From NCBI RefSeq assembly GCF_009914755.1, contig NC_060944.1: a DNA stretch of 64,000 nt; one strand, given 5' to 3'. This DNA is from the human T2T-CHM13v2.0 reference genome, Homo sapiens. Below are positions 1 through 22,699 of the stretch, piece after piece (position 1 is the first letter of the stretch; every line of letters starts with the position of its first letter). The notes under the pieces are model-generated. The model saw nothing but the letters and a program-made list of their open reading frames with translations, had not been told where the DNA came from and searched no databases. The position numbers and the translations under genes were made by a program.

Positions 1-302
1 ACATAACAATACTGACCTTAAATGTAAATGGGCTAAATGCCCCAATTAAAAGACACAGACTAGCAAATTGGATAAAGAGTTAAGAACAATCAGTGTGCTG
101 TAGTCAGGAGACCCATCTCACATGCAGAGACACACATGGGCTCAAAATAAAGGGATGGAGGAAGATATACCAAGCAAATGGAATACAAAAAAAAAAAGCA
201 GGGGTTGCAATCCTAGTCTCTGATAAAACAGACTTTAAACCAACAAATATCAGAAAAGACAAAGAAGGTCATTACATAGTGGTAAAGGGATCAATTCAAT
301 AA

Positions 303-1052
<750 letters not shown>

Positions 1053-1055
1053 TAA

Positions 1056-1586
<531 letters not shown>

Positions 1587-2486
1587 TGATGAACACCGAA
1601 GCAAAAATCCTCCACAAAATACTGGCAAACCGAATCCAGTAGCACATCAAAGAGCTTATCCACCACGATCAAGTCCATTTCATCCCTGGGATGCAAGGCT
1701 GCTTCAACATACACAAATCAATAAAATTAATCCATCATATGAACAGAACCAAAGACAAAAACCATATGATTATCTCAATAGATGCAGAAAAGGCCTTCAA
1801 AAAAATTCAAGAGCCCTTCATGCTAAAAACTCTCAATAAATTTGGTAGTGATTGGACATATCTCAAAATAATAAGAGCTATTTATGACAAACCCACAGCC
1901 AATATCATACTGAATGGGCAAAAACTGGAAGCATTCCCTTTGAAAATGGCACAAGACAGGGATGCTCTCTCTCACCACTCCTATTCAACATAGTGTTGGA
2001 AGTTCTGGCCAGGGCAATCAAGAAGGAGAAAGAAATAAAGGATATTCAATTAGGAAAAGAGGAAGTCAAATTGTCCCTGTTCGCAGATGACATGATTGAA
2101 TATCTAGAAAACCCCATCGCTTCAGCCCAAAATCTCCTTAAGTTGATAAGCAACATCAGAAAAGTCTCAGGATACAAAATCAATGTGCAAAAATCACAAG
2201 CATTCTTATACACCAATAAACAGACAAACAGAGAGCCAAATCATGAGCGAACTCCCATTCACAATTGCTACAAAGATAATAAAATACCTAGGAATCCAAC
2301 TTACAAGGGATGTGAAGGACCTCTTCAAGGAGAACTACAAACCACTGCTCAATGAAATAAAAGAGGACACAAACAAACAGAAAAACATTTCATGCTCATG
2401 GATAGGAAGAATCAATATCGTGAAAATGACCATACTGCCCAAGGTAATTTATAGATTCAATGCTATCCCCATCAAGCTACCAATGA

Positions 2487-2726
<240 letters not shown>

Positions 2727-3628
2727 TGATCTTTGACAAACCTGACAAAAACAAGAAATGGGGAAAGGATTCTCTATTTAATAAATGGTGCTGGGAAAAC
2801 TGGCTAGCCATATGTAAAATCCTGAAACTGGATCCCTTCCTTACACCTTATACAAAAATTAATTCAAGATGGATTAAAGACTTAAATGTTAGACCTAAAA
2901 CTATAAAAACCCTAGAAGAAAACCTAGGCAATACCATTCAGGACATAAGCATGGGCAAGGACTTCATGTCTAAAACACCAAAAGCAATGGCAACAAAAGC
3001 CAAAATTGACAAATGAGATCTAATTAAACTAAAGAGCTTCTGCACAGCAAAAGAAACTACCATCAGAGTGAACAGGCAACCTACAGAATGGGAGAAAATT
3101 TTTGTAATCTACCCATCTGACAAAGGGCTAATATCCAGAATCTACAAAGAACTTAAACTAATTTACAAGAAAAAATCAAACAACCCCATCAAAAAGTGGG
3201 CAAAGGCTATGAACAGACCCTTCTCAAAAGAAGACATTTATGCAGCCAACAGACACATGAAAAAATGCTCATCATCACTGGCCATCAGAGAAATGCAAAT
3301 CAAAACCACAATGAGATACCACCTCACACCAGTTAGAATGGCGATCATTAAAAAGTCAGGAAACAACAGGTGCTGGAGAGGATGTGGAGGAATAGGAACA
3401 CTTTTACACTATTGGTGGGACTGTAAACTTGTTCAACCATTGTGGAAGACAGTGTAGCCATTCCTCAAGGATCTAGAACTAGAAATACCATTTGACCCAG
3501 CCATCCCATTACTGGGTATATACCCAAAGGATTATAAATCATGTTGCTATAAAGACACATGCACACATATGTTTATTGCAGCACTGTTCACAATAGCAAA
3601 GACTTGGAACCAACCTAAATGTCCATCA

Positions 3629-5598
<1,970 letters not shown>

Positions 5599-6420
5599 AA
5601 GAAAATGTGGCACTTACGTACCATGGAATACTATGCAGCCATAAAAGAAGGATGAGTTTATGTCCTTTGTGGGGACATGGATGAAGCTGGAAACCATCAT
5701 TCTGAGCAACCTATCGCAAGGACAGAAAACCAAACACTGCATGTTCTCACTTACAGGTGGGAATTGAACAATGAGAACACTTGGACACAGGATGGGGAAC
5801 GTCATACACTGGGGCCTGTCGTGGGGTGGGGAGAGGGGGGAGGAATAGCATTAGGAGATATATCTAATGTAAATGACGAGTTAATGGGTGCAGTGCACCA
5901 ACATGGCATGTGTATATATATGTAACAAACCTGCACGTTGTGCACATGTACCCTAGAACTTAAAGTATAATAATAAAATTAAAAATAATAATAAAATAAA
6001 ATAAAATAAAGTGATAGCACTGAAAAAAAAAGAAATGTCATATATCTGAAGTTGATACTCATGTGCAAGATAAACCTATATTGTAAGTTTTATAGTAAAG
6101 TTTAAAAAATGTGATACTTAGATTATACCTGGTACTACTTAAAGTTACTCCAATAAAAAATGAAATTTAGATTTCGATACTCAATATTGTTTAATGAAAA
6201 TTTATTCTGAAATACATTACTTTTGGAAAATAAAAAAAAATTCCTTTTCAATGAGAAATTTAACACTGTTCCTTTCACACCTTGAATTTGTATTTATTCC
6301 AGTTGCCCCAAAGAATTTGACCCTAACATATATGTTTTGTGCTAGAAGATCCTTCATTGAACAATGTCATATGTCTCTGTAACAAAAATATATCATTTTA
6401 ACTAATTTTAAAAAATTTCT

Positions 6421-6728
<308 letters not shown>

Positions 6729-7060
6729 TCATATGTTTCTATGTATTTAAAATGTCATCTGGGTTGAATTATAACAATTATTATTATGCACAGTTGAGCA
6801 ATAATAAATATACTTAAAATTTAAAGAATGATTAAACATAAAAACTCCTATTTTATTGGAGGAATGTATCTTTTTTGAAATAGAACTTTTTTTATTGGTT
6901 CATCATGCATAGCTGGATGCTGTTTATTGCTAGCCTGACAGTTTCATCACCCATTTCATCTCTTTTCTCAGTTTTACAAATGGAGCATCAAGATACCTGC
7001 TCACATGAAATCCATGGGACTGGAAGCAGTTTCTCTATAGCAACATCACTCAAATATTTG

Positions 7061-7375
<315 letters not shown>

Positions 7376-8133
7376 TGAACCCCTTCCCAGTTACATGCTG
7401 CAAACTCCATTTTTGCTCCATTATCAGTTGACAACCTAATCAGGTCCTTTTTAGATTTGATAAAACAAATAACGAGAAAACACCTGACATGCAAGGTTAT
7501 TTCTTTTCCAGTGTTTAGAGCCTTATTTTTGAGGAATTATAACCAAAAAGGCTTTACTTAGACCTATCAAGTGACAATAAATTGTACCTATTTTTCTCTC
7601 ACTTAGCGGCACCTGGTTTATTGCCATATATTAAGATCTGTTAGTGATACTTTGCTTAAGGAACAAAACAATGAAACTAAAATGAGGTAAAATTGGAAAA
7701 ATGTACATTTCAGAAATGTTTCTGGCAGCTCTGAACAAAAATGAATATAAGTCAATCTATTTCCATTTTGTGTGTCACCTTAAAGTGCCTTAAAATGCAT
7801 GACAGATGGACAGAAAGACAGATACAGCTATATACACATATACATAGGAATTGACTTTATAGTTATGCTTCTGACAGATTTAGCACAGCCTCTCCTGATG
7901 CAAGTGGGAGGAATTAATCCTGCTCAAATGAAGCCGGTTTTCTCAAATTCAGGGACTTGATTCCTAGATTATGCTTTAGGAAGATGTTGATCCCGCCCAC
8001 GTATACAGTATGTGTTTGGAACTGCAGTGTAATCCAGGCTTACAGCATGAGCGTTAATGATTGCTAAGTGCTTTATTTACAGTACATTCCACAGGGCACT
8101 TCCTGAGAGAAACTGGGTAGAAATGGCTCCTGA

Positions 8134-8407
<274 letters not shown>

Positions 8408-8689
8408 TAAAAATATTTCTCCTATAAGTCTAAACAAATGTTTAAAAATATGTAAGTTAGGAAGTTATTTCCAACACACATATTCTTTTCACATGCAGAA
8501 GTAATGGTGAGAATTTTTCATATCCTTTGCAGCAGACTCCCGGCCCCGGGGCTGGGCCCTCAGCAAGCTCATTCCTGTGGCTGGGAAGGCTGGGGAGGCA
8601 GAGCTGGCTTCCTAGCAGCCTGGGGTTTCCTCGGGTGGTTTTTGTGCAAGTTAAATATGCTAAGAAAGTTTGGTTGTAGGATCAGTGCC

Positions 8690-8725
8690 TGACCAGATGC
8701 CTTTGCCTTTTACTGGCTGGTGCTG

Positions 8726-8763
<38 letters not shown>

Positions 8764-9077
8764 CTGCTGCTGTGAGACTTGGCAGCTACAGGCTCACTGG
8801 GCATCCTTCCCTGGAGAACTGCCCGAGGCTGGCAGAACCACCTGGCTCCAAAATGCCTGGAGGCCCAGCTTCCTCCACTCACCCTCAGCTGACCCGATGG
8901 GTCCTCCGCTGTGCCCCTTCCTCAAGGCAGGACTTGCTGTGGGACAATTCATCCCTCACATCCTTGCTCGGTTCCTTCCACTCTCCTATCCAGCTTTGCT
9001 CACTCCCTTCTCCTCAATAACACACAAGCACCAAATCCCTGCCTTAGGATCTGCTTCCAGGAGACCACCTAAGCCAA
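8690..9077 (+). mobile_element. ERVL LTR (LTR16-like) containing a (CA)n tract
   Basis: The 3' end CAATAA...ATCCCTGCCTTAGGATCTGCTTCCAGGAGACCACCTAAGCCA resembles the recalled LTR16 terminus. Confidence 0.55.
8727..8761. repeat. (CA)17 microsatellite
   Basis: Perfect CA dinucleotide run. Confidence 0.95.
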
Positions 9078-10975
9078 GTGGTCATTTGGCTTAGTCAACC
9101 TCCAAGACTGGCATTTATATGGCTGTAACACGTAGAACTGTACATTTAAAAGGGTGAACTTTATTGCTTTTCAATTATACCTCAATAAACCTGCCCTTAG
9201 AAACAAGATGAACTTCATGGAAAAATAGTTACTGCTATTTTGGAGAAAATATCCAAACATGTTAACCAATGAAAAACCTCAGAAAAGCAAAAAGGGAGGC
9301 AGGGAAAAGCTATCCTGCATTTAAAATATTCTCCTGGCCCACCGGCTTGCAGCTGCCACAGGTGGAGGACAAGACAAGGGGTGGGTCTTTCCAGGGTGCC
9401 CCAGGTGCTGACTGAGCAGCCAGTATGTGATAAAATCTCCTTCTTGAGAGAAAAGGAGGAAGCACAAGACAGGGAAGGGAAGCGCAGCTCCAGGAAAGGG
9501 GTGGGCGGAGGGGCTATGGTCTCTGCTGTGCCATTCAAACGCGTGTCGCAGGGACCTCTGAGGGCTGTGCTCTCATCTGCCTGGCTGCCCTGTGCTCACA
9601 GGGCCAGCATGTGATTATTTGGGATCTGGTGTGGGTTTTCTCTTGGTTGTTTTATTTTTCACTTACCAGCTGCGTGTTAATAGAAAGTCCCCTGACTGAA
9701 GGATTTGCCCGGGATTTCTGTAATAAAAATAGAAGGATTTGTCACAAACGCTGGAAGGACCCTCTGCAAAAGTGGTATTTTTCACGTGATCATGAGCCCC
9801 AGAACATATTGTCATCCCGGGCTGCAAGCCTGGCCTCCTCACTGAGTGGCAGTGACAGATGTCCCCTGTTAATGTCCAGTGATTGAATGTCACTGCAGAG
9901 GCCCCTCCTCACCCACACAACCTGTTCCTTTCTTTCTGCAGCCACTGTGTCACGCTTGTCACAAAATCCACATTTTCTGCACATTGTTGGCCTTCTCCAG
10001 CAGTGAGCCCTTGTGCCAACCCTGCCCTGCTCCCTCCTCGGCCCATCCCCAAGGACACTGGGGGACAAATAGTACCATCACTGCTAAGTGATAATAAAGG
10101 CTGGCAGGAACACATCCTCAGCTTGGGGCGGCTACAAGGAAGGAAAGAAATAAAGAAAAAAGCTCATGAAGTTGCTGGAGTCATAGTCTCCTCCTGGGAA
10201 TTCAGCCCAAGAATACAATTTATCAGAAATAAAAAGCTCTATTTAGATGGAGATTTATTGAAGCACTTGCTATCATAACAAAACACTGAGAACAACTTGA
10301 AAATCCTTTTACAGGTAAATAAATGATGATAAATTCTCTTGATTGGTTACGGCAGGACCCTTAATAATTATGGGGCACTGGTTAAACGTGGCAAATTGAG
10401 CAGCAGTTTTTGTTTTCATTGCTTCCCCAAGTACTACCAAAATAAAAGCAAAAGGGAAAAGTATACAAATTCACAGAGACAAAGAAAACGGGAGGGGAGA
10501 AAAAGGCAAAGGAAACAGTAGACAAGGAAGGTCAACAAAGATGGAAAGAGCGTGAACAGAAAAGGCCCAAGTTCCTGAGGAGGGGACACCACTAAAATGT
10601 GGGTCATCGTGTGCCACAGAAACCCAGAAAGGCTCAGGAATTGGACTCCCCAAGTACCAGGGAAAGCAGGATGAGGCTGGAGCTAAGAGGGAAAGTCTGC
10701 AGGGGAAACAAGCAGATGCCTAGAAGACACTGTCAGGGCTCCAGTGGCCCCAGAACCATCCTCCCCCAGCCGTCGGGAAGTGGGAGTGTCTTCTCTGGAG
10801 AAATGACTTAGATACATTTCCAAGGTGGAGACATCCAGCAGTGGGGGCAGGACTAAGGCACCAGACAGAAAGGAGTGATTATGACAGAAAAATGTGAGAT
10901 CACTCAGGCCTAGGTCACTAGCCTGGTGCCTAATGACCTGCAGGAAAACCCACAGGTCAGCAAGTGCCCCCACCA

Positions 10976-11606
10976 CACTCACGTGCACATCCTCACATGC
11001 ACTCATACAGACTCTCATGCACACATACACTCTCACGCACACACACTCACATGCACACACACTCTCACATGCACACACACACTCTCACATGCACACACAG
11101 TCACATGCACACACAGACTCTCACATGCACACACAGACTCTCACATGCACACACAGTCACATGCACACACAGACTCTCACATGCACACACACACTCTCAC
11201 ATGCACACACAGTCACATGCACACACAGACTCACATGCGCACACACACTCACATGCACACACACTCTCACATGCACACACACTCTCACATGCATACACAC
11301 ACTCTCACATGCACACACACTCTCACGTGCACACACAGACTCTCATGCACACACACTCTCACATGCACACACACTCTCATGTGCACACACAGACTCTCAC
11401 ATGCACACACAGTCACATGTGCGCACACACTCTCACATGCACACACTGTCACGTGCACACACAGACACACTCTCACGTGCACAGACTCTCATGCACACAG
11501 ACTCTCACACACTCACGTGCACACACAGACTCTCACATGCACACACACAGTCACATGCACACACAGACTCCCACGTGCACACACACAGTCACATGCACAC
11601 ACACAC
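10976..11606. repeat. CA-rich minisatellite, unit ~16-22 bp (CTCACATGCACACACAGACT-like), ~30+ units
   Basis: Directly visible tandem variants of TCACATGCACACAC(AG/TC). Confidence 0.95.
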
Positions 11607-11659
11607 AGAACTTCCACTTGCTTTTTGTTTACTCATTCTTAAATATGAAAATGTAGCCG

Positions 11660-13120
11660 AGGAAAGCCTGTAATGTTGGACACAAAGACTAAAACAAATA
11701 AACAAAAAATAGGAGACCCAGTGGAAATAGAGACAAAGCATAGAAGAGAAGAAAGCTTTAAAAAGAACTGCAATTAATATCCTAGAAGAGATGAGAGGGC
11801 TTGTCTCTATGAAAATAATAGAAATCAGAACTGATCTTTTTTAAAAAGTAACAGAAAGTAAGAATAACCAAACAACCTCTTGGAAATTAAAAGTGTAATA
11901 GCCAAAACAAAAATTCAGTGGCAAGAGTTTAAGATAAAGTTGAAGACATCTCTCAGAAAGTGGTGGGGAGAGGCAAGGAGATGAACAATAAGAGAAAAAA
12001 GGTAAGAAAGTTAAAGATCACTTCAGAGATATACCTCTGAGAATCACTCTGAAGTGATTCTGTAAGTCTTGGAGAGATGTCTTCAGGTCTTTCACATATG
12101 GCTGATCAGAGTTCTAGAAAGTACAGGAAACATGGAGGGAATTTTCAAACGAAGCACAAAAGAAAATGTCCCACAAGAGGAGAACTCGTCCCTCTATCCA
12201 AAGGCCCACCAGACACCCAGAAACACAAATGACTGCAGGCCAACATCAAGGAACATCATCAGGAAATTACAGAACACTGGGAACAAAGAAGAGATCCTAA
12301 AAGTTTCCAGAGAAAAACACAGGTCAAATACCATGAGTGAAGACTCTGAAAGGACTTCTCAACACAACAGCGGAAGCCATGGGAGCAGTGCTTCCACATC
12401 CTCAGGGGAGATTATTTTCCATCTAGAATTCTATCCCCAGCCAAACAGTCAATCCATTGTGGAGTGATGTGAAATGTGAAAATAGTGATAATTTTAGACC
12501 TATAAGGTCTCAAAAACATTATCCAAAATCATCCTCTTGGAGGAAGCTACTAGAAGGAGGAACCACCAAGATGAAGGCCACAAACCAAGAAGGAGGAAGA
12601 CATGGGACCCAGGAAATAGGGGTCCCACAAGAGGGAAGCTGAGGGAGCTGCTGGGATGCTCAAGGGGATGTCCCAAGATGGTTCCTGCACAGAGCCTAGG
12701 CTGGAGAGAAGACTGGAGGGCTGCAAGAGATATGTTTGTAGGAAAAATAGATCAATGAATCACAAGATGATCTGATATACTTGGCAGCATTAAAAAATTA
12801 TAATAGCAGGTGAGGGAGGAATTGGTATGAGATTTCTGGAATGCAAAGAAAATGAAAAAGAAGGCAATGATTAACTCTAGAGAAAAACAAAACTTTCTAC
12901 AAGAAATGAAATGTAATTATGACATGGTATATAGTCATAATAGTGTAAATATTATCAGTTTAACAAATATAAAGAGGATGTGAGAAAGAGAAGTAAGGAA
13001 AGATAGCAAAGTCCTCATACAGCATAATTCTAAAATGGCTAAATAAAGAAATGGCTATATAAAATATTATTCAGTAATAAGAATACACAGTCTAGAAACA
13101 GGTAAGAGGATTAAAAGTGA
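11660..13120 (+). mobile_element. Ancient L1M ORF1-region fragment
   Basis: A-rich. Peptide remnants RNIIRKLQNTGNKEEILKVSREK and RILYP-like CTAGAATTCTATCCCCAGCCAAAC. Confidence 0.75.
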
Positions 13121-13147
13121 TCGCCTCAAAAGTGGGAAGTAGCGAGA

Positions 13148-13560
13148 TATCTTATCCCAGGATCCCCCCAAACAGACCCTGAGACAAGCATTTGGCACAA
13201 GTCATTTGTAAGATGATTCCAGGAAACACGGGTAGATGACAGGGGGCAGGGGTGGAATGGGGAAGGGAGGGAGCTAACAGAAGATGAGTCAATGATCAGG
13301 ATGTCCCTGTGAGCAACTGGGAACTTCCAGGAGACAGTGTAGGGCATACCTGAGAACTGTCACAACTCACTTTCCTCACTAGCTCAGGGCTGCTCTGTGG
13401 GCACCAGCTCCTTGGAACTGTGTGCCTCCTCCATGCAGGGGCCAAGCCCACTCCATGGTTGGATAATACCCCCAAGCAGAGGTCTGCAGGTGCTCAAGGT
13501 AGGAAGTCATTGGTGTACATGGAATTGTCCACTGAGACTTCAGATAACCTCTGAAGCAAG
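13148..13560 (-). mobile_element. ERVL LTR (LTR33-like)
   Basis: CAGACCCTGAGACAAGCATTTG...GATTCCAGGAAAC...GAGACAGTGTAG matches the recalled LTR33 reverse consensus. Confidence 0.65.
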
Positions 13561-13664
13561 AAAATAAAAAGAAAGTAGATAGCAATAGGGTACCAAAGGA
13601 GTTGCTACATGGACCAAGGTCCTTTTATACATTATAAACTATCTGCTGTGTTTGAGTATTTAAA

Positions 13665-14020
13665 CTACAATGAAAGCTCTCTAAAATGACCACTAGTCAA
13701 CCAACAGACACTCTCTCCTCCCACCGTTCAATGCCTATCACACAATGAATGTTCATGGCTACTGTCAAAAATGATGTCATACTTCCATTCCTACCAATCC
13801 AGTAGTATGCCTACTAATTGTCAGTAGAAATTCTTCCCAAACCTGTTTATGACAGTTGTAGTTGTTTGCATTATACAACTTAGTTAATAACATGTAAACC
13901 AATTAAATAGGAATAATATGTAAATCAATAAGATAGAAATGCAAAAATAGAGTTTATTTTACATTAGATGTTGAGGAAACATTTGTAAAAGATTAGGAGG
14001 GAAATGTAAAAATCTAGAAG
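13665..14020 (+). mobile_element. Tigger-like (TcMar) DNA transposon fragment
   Basis: TACAATGAAAGCTCTCT resembles a terminal inverted repeat. Degenerate V-ET-VKD-E..KNLE peptide at ~13965-14020. Confidence 0.4.
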
Positions 14021-14525
14021 AGCTATCTTGATTTCTGCTTCTGGCAGTATAGTAAACTCTCCATTCTCCGTCCTGGTCTGAGTGGGAAAAAAAAATAGTC
14101 TCTCCTGAAAATTGAAAATCAGATGTGGTGTTCTTACACTACCCTAACCATGAGGGTATCCTGACCAGACCCAAGAGATTGAAATAACACAATTGCAGTT
14201 AAATTAAAGTAAAGAATTTCTAGATTGGTAGCATTCTCTGGCACCCAGCTTTGGAAAACACCAATCTTCTACAGAGAAAAACATTCTCAATCCAATCTCC
14301 TAAGAATTTCCACAGATCAAACTAAGCTAAGTGGGAACTCAAAATAAAAATTTATCGGTCAGTGGAGAAAATAAATATAGGATTTAGATTCCTTCCCCAC
14401 AAGACTTCAAATATTGTAATTATTAAATACAGTATATAAAATTGGTATGAAAAGTTTGAAGTTATAAACCATGAAGTTAAAAAATCAGCAAGACTGAAAA
14501 TACTACCAAAATTGAACAATCAAGA

Positions 14526-14670
14526 AATGTTTTGTTGATTTATTTATTTTTTATAGAGACAGGGTCTCGCTATGTTACCCAGGTGGTCTTAAACTCCTAG
14601 ACTCAAGCAATCCTCCTGCCTCAGCCTCTCAAGGTGCTGGGACTATGGGCATGAGCCACCATTCCCAGCC
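14526..14670 (-). mobile_element. FLAM / Alu left monomer
   Basis: Single monomer with TSD CAATCAAGA (14517-14525 and 14671-14679). Confidence 0.85.
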
Positions 14671-14689
14671 CAATCAAGATTTTTTTTAA

Positions 14690-20650
<5,961 letters not shown>

Positions 20651-20811
20651 TTGTTGTATTTCTCCCTCATTGTATGTTATGAACAGATCTGTGTGTGTGT
20701 GTATACGTGTGTGTGAAGCAAATGTCTGTTTTATTACCCTTCTTATCCCCTTATCATGTAAACAAGCTGTATTGATTTTATATCATAGTGTTTAAGTATT
20801 GTTAACTTTTT

Positions 20812-21180
20812 ATCTTAGATTGGGCTGCATAACAAATTATAGCTGAGTGACTTAAATAACATTTTATAAACCATCGGCTGAGTGACTTAAGAAACATTTA
20901 TTCCTCACAGTTCTGGAGGCTAAGTCCAAGATCCAGGCACCAGCAGATCTGGCATCCGGTGAGGGCCTGCTTCCTGGTTTGCAGCTGACCATCTTCACAT
21001 TGTATCCTCCCTGGCTGAGAGCAGAGAGGAAGTGAGTTCTCTCATGTCTGTTCTTGTAGGGCACTAATCACATTCACAAGGGCTCCACCCTCATGATCTA
21101 ATCACCTCCTAATTCCATCACATTGGAGGTTAGGACTTCAACCTATAGATTTTGGGGGGACACATTCAGTCCATAACAAC
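20812..21180 (-). mobile_element. MaLR LTR (MLT1A-like)
   Basis: TTCCTCACAGTTCTGGAGGCTAAGTCCAAGATC...GGGGACACATTCAGTCCATAACA. Confidence 0.85.
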
Positions 21181-21214
21181 TAAGTTACAGAATATCAAGA
21201 AATCCTGCCTTGAT

Positions 21215-21358
21215 CTTTCCATGACCAGCCCCGCTCTGAAGTGCTCAGTCAACGTTAGCATACAAAAAGACATCACTTTGGAGATTCCAAGGATTTTAGG
21301 AGTTGTATGCCAGGAAATAGGACAAAGACCAAATATATATATATTTCACAATATCACA
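21215..21358 (-). mobile_element. MER21-like LTR fragment
   Basis: GGAGATTCCAAGGATTTTAGGAG...CAAAGACCAAATATATA..TTTCACAATATCACA. Confidence 0.6.
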
Positions 21359-22524
21359 TGTACACTTATAATAAATTTTATGGTATGTGGATTATACCTC
21401 AATTAAGCTGTTTTTTCTTTTAAAGGCCAAAACATGTTTGGATGTAACCCAAAACGTCAGGACTTCAGGTGCCTCCTGACCCTGACCACGGCTGGCACCT
21501 TTTCTTCCTCCTGCGTCGTGTCCTGCGCTCTGTGTTGAAACTGGGTTCCCATTAATTATTAATTTTTCTCCAGAGAATACTTGTTAAAGAAGAATTAATG
21601 CTATTGTTTTAGAGCAAATGCTGCCCAAATACTGTCTTTAGTAGAATTGTAATCAGCTTTACCCACTTTCCATCTAATCTGATTGAATCAGATTTTCTAC
21701 AAAATCTTTTTTTTATTTTGTTGCTATTAAAAGGTCACCTATTTGATCTGCCTCAAACTCTAAGTTCTTGGGATTCATTTATAATTACAAGTTCACAGAT
21801 GACCTAACCAGGGATTGAATTACAATACTTTTAATTAAAATAGAAAAAAGGGAGGGGAGAGAGGTGGACATTCGCCATAGTGGAATTTGGGGGAATGCTG
21901 GGTGCTGCTTGGCTGAATCTATTTTAGCCTGTCTTCTCTAGCCCCTGGTTAGAAGTCTGTTCACCATAATGCCTTCTGACCCTCTGCACTTACTCCATCA
22001 TAATTATCCTTTAATACTCTTATAAATGAACTTTTAGCTTATCTTCCATTAATTCTCCAGAATAAGCAAAGCCATCTAAATAAAGTGTTTAACCCTTTCC
22101 TGGCCTTCCCTTTCCCAGGGATCTGTGGAAAGTTGCTAGGAAGGGAAATTCATTACCCTCCTGTGTAGAAGTGAACTTGAATCAGTCACCTGTCTCTTCT
22201 CCCGACCACAAGTGAGGCTCACAGGTTGCATGTGGAGTGAAGTGGGTACCCCAAGGCCTCTTGGCATCAGGCATGGGAAGAACACAGCTGCCCCAAGGAT
22301 GAGAAACACCCAGGGCACCGTAGGAGTCCAGGTGCTTGGCGTGGAGCACTCGTGGCCTTTGCGGCATTGTGTGGTCCCCAGGACGCGCTGGCCAGGAATG
22401 GTGGTCCACAGAGGACTGGGGCCTGCTCTCGTCCTCATACTGTGTGGGGAAGCTCCACCTTGGGAGCCAAGCAGCTCAGTGGGGGCAGGACAAGAGCTCC
22501 AGGCCAGGCCGATGTGAGGGTCCA

Positions 22525-22650
22525 ATCTCCACCCTGCCACTTCGTGGCTGTGTCCTTGGGCAACTAACTTGGCCCCCTCAGTCAGTTTCCTTGTCTGTAA
22601 AATGGAAATGGGCTTAGTGCATATTCCACAGGGGTGCGGTGAGACCTAAA
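22525..22650 (+). mobile_element. MIR fragment
   Basis: GCTGTGTCCTTGGGCAAC...CAGTTTCCTTGTCTGTAAAATGG core. Confidence 0.75.
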
Positions 22651-22699
22651 GGAACAAAGGCAGCTAGAGCTCAGTACAAGACCAGTAAAATCCCCTGCA

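Noticed and set aside
10894-11673. His/Thr-rich ORFs of 230-259 aa
   Set aside because: They are translations of the CA-rich minisatellite and are open in all three frames. No coding evidence.
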